Positions 62,609 to 64,000 of a stretch of DNA of 64,000 nt are shown one piece after another. The stretch is from Podospora anserina (lineage: Eukaryota). Each line of letters opens with the position of its first letter. The first letter of the stretch is position 1. Position numbers and translations under genes: made by a program. The notes beneath the pieces are model-generated. The model did no database searches, had not been told where the DNA came from, and saw only the letters and a program-made list of their open reading frames with translations. The stretch lies in NCBI GenBank assembly GCA_017654855.1, contig CM030332.1:930001-994000 (forward strand), given 5' to 3'.

Positions 62609-64000
62609 ATTCCAAGGCAGCGTAGACTCGTCGTGTCCCAGAGAGAGCGACTAAACACCATAAAGTAGACTTTGGTTAGACATCAAGAGATATTGTGACA
62701 ATGAAGACGATGTGTTGAGTGAGCAAACTGAAGGTAATGATAGGAAGGAACCAGCATTTCAATGTGCGGGGGAGAACGGAAGTCCACAAAGCTTGGGGCG
62801 GGGCCGAGGTAACAGACTCCACCGCAGATTGGTTGGCGCTGGGATACTCCTGAGCCTCAACGTTGGGCTTCCTCCCCCACAGTGACCAGGCACCCTGAAC
62901 CTTCAGAGGTAACTCATTAAACTGGAGCCAGTATTTAAAAGCACTCTCGATGTGGGCTGGAGTAATCTTGCTCTTGCCAGCTAAACCGGCATTCTATTCA
63001 GCAGAAAGAGGGGGGTCGGCACTCTTTAGAATAGAGTGGATTACTGCCAATGGGATAGTGTAAGTGATGGCTTGAGAAAAGGACTGATCAGCGAGTCTCT
63101 TCAGTTCCAAAGAAGCCACCAGAAGTGTCGATGAGACAGGCTTTGGTAATTTACACCGTAACGATATGTTACTTGGAATCTTACTTAAGCCACAGATCAG
63201 CCTGGCAGCACGTGAATTGTACTCGAAGCCGTTGGCTACAATTAAGGGAACCCTCCAAGATCGAAAGATTGGATCTCAAAAATTTGGCGGATAGTTATGC
63301 ATACCCTCCCAGCATAACTGACATATCATTCCAGAGATGAGGCCAGCGGTGCTGCCCTCAGCATTCTAAAAGGTCTGTCTAATGCTTGTCAGAAAATGAG
63401 GAAAGTTCAAGTAACACAGAGCCAACATATCGCAGTGAACTCAAGCCGGCGTAGGATGCTTCAATACCTCTTCCAGACTACCAGATGTGGAAAGAGGGAA
63501 GGCGTGGGACACATACTGAAAGACAAGTGATGGGCTTGATCTCCATGAATGGAGCCATTGCTTAGAAGACTATATATGCATGCTCACCGTATCGCCATGC
63601 CTTCATCATATCCATCAGCGCATCAGACTATCTCCCCTACACATGCCAGGGAGCTAAAGGACATGATCCTTCCAGAACAAGGCATGACTAGACCGACTTG
63701 ATGTCTTCCAAGTCTAACGGTAGGCCCTCACGCTATTTTTGAACACCTCAAAACAATCATCAGACACCTACCAAGACATAACAAAGGCCTATTTGAATAC
63801 TTCTACACAAATTCATATTCAAAATACACATGCAAATGATACTATCACGCCTCTTAGCTATCTTTCAATGCGTATCAACTATCTTCGGACGTGTGTTGAA
63901 TATATTCTGATGCGTATTAAGTGATAATACAGGCATTTTAAACATCCTGATATGTGTTTTGGGAACAGGCCAATGCCTATAGAAGATAGTGGTAGACCTG

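Noticed and set aside
63735..64000. AT-richer end of the window with a short inverted repeat (TTTGAATA/TATTCAAA), as a transposon or RIP relic
   Set aside because: No clear TIR, LTR, target-site duplication or coding remnant within the window.

Overview
Eukaryotic, intron-containing fungal DNA. It is a Sordariomycete, and protein content plus strong C/G strand skew suggest Sordariales such as Podospora (inference). The supplied ORF track ignores splicing, so gene models were rebuilt by hand from GT..AG sites, CTRAY branch points and reading frame. Positions 1-45.3 kb are a dense housekeeping block: L-arabinitol 4-dehydrogenase (partial), BAP31/Yet, a DUF1479-like oxygenase, an HhH-motif protein, a small Zn-binding protein, a 2OG-Fe(II) dioxygenase, UTP17, RPB10, an uncharacterised 7-exon gene, a Gly-rich secreted protein, an ANCHR/ZFYVE19-like protein, tRNA-Gly(TCC), an LMBRD1-like transporter, CFT1, TMA23-like, THG1, SWD1 and RPB1. 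A ~13.6 kb gene-poor stretch follows, with possible decayed gene relics, then a 113-aa protein, microsatellites and an F-box-like gene. Best leads: (1) an ANCHR-like protein with three perfect MIM1 motifs (predicted Vps4/MIT binder); (2) a 51-codon extension behind the BAP31 TAG in an A-to-I editing-favoured context; (3) a hidden frame-preserving exon in a 322-nt intron; (4) terminal introns in RPB1 and RPB10; (5) an AUG-free RPB1 leader with 8 CGACT copies; (6) PAC/RRPE-like elements at ribosome-biogenesis genes. No CRISPR, rRNA or intact mobile element was seen. All family assignments come from motif recognition, not database searches.
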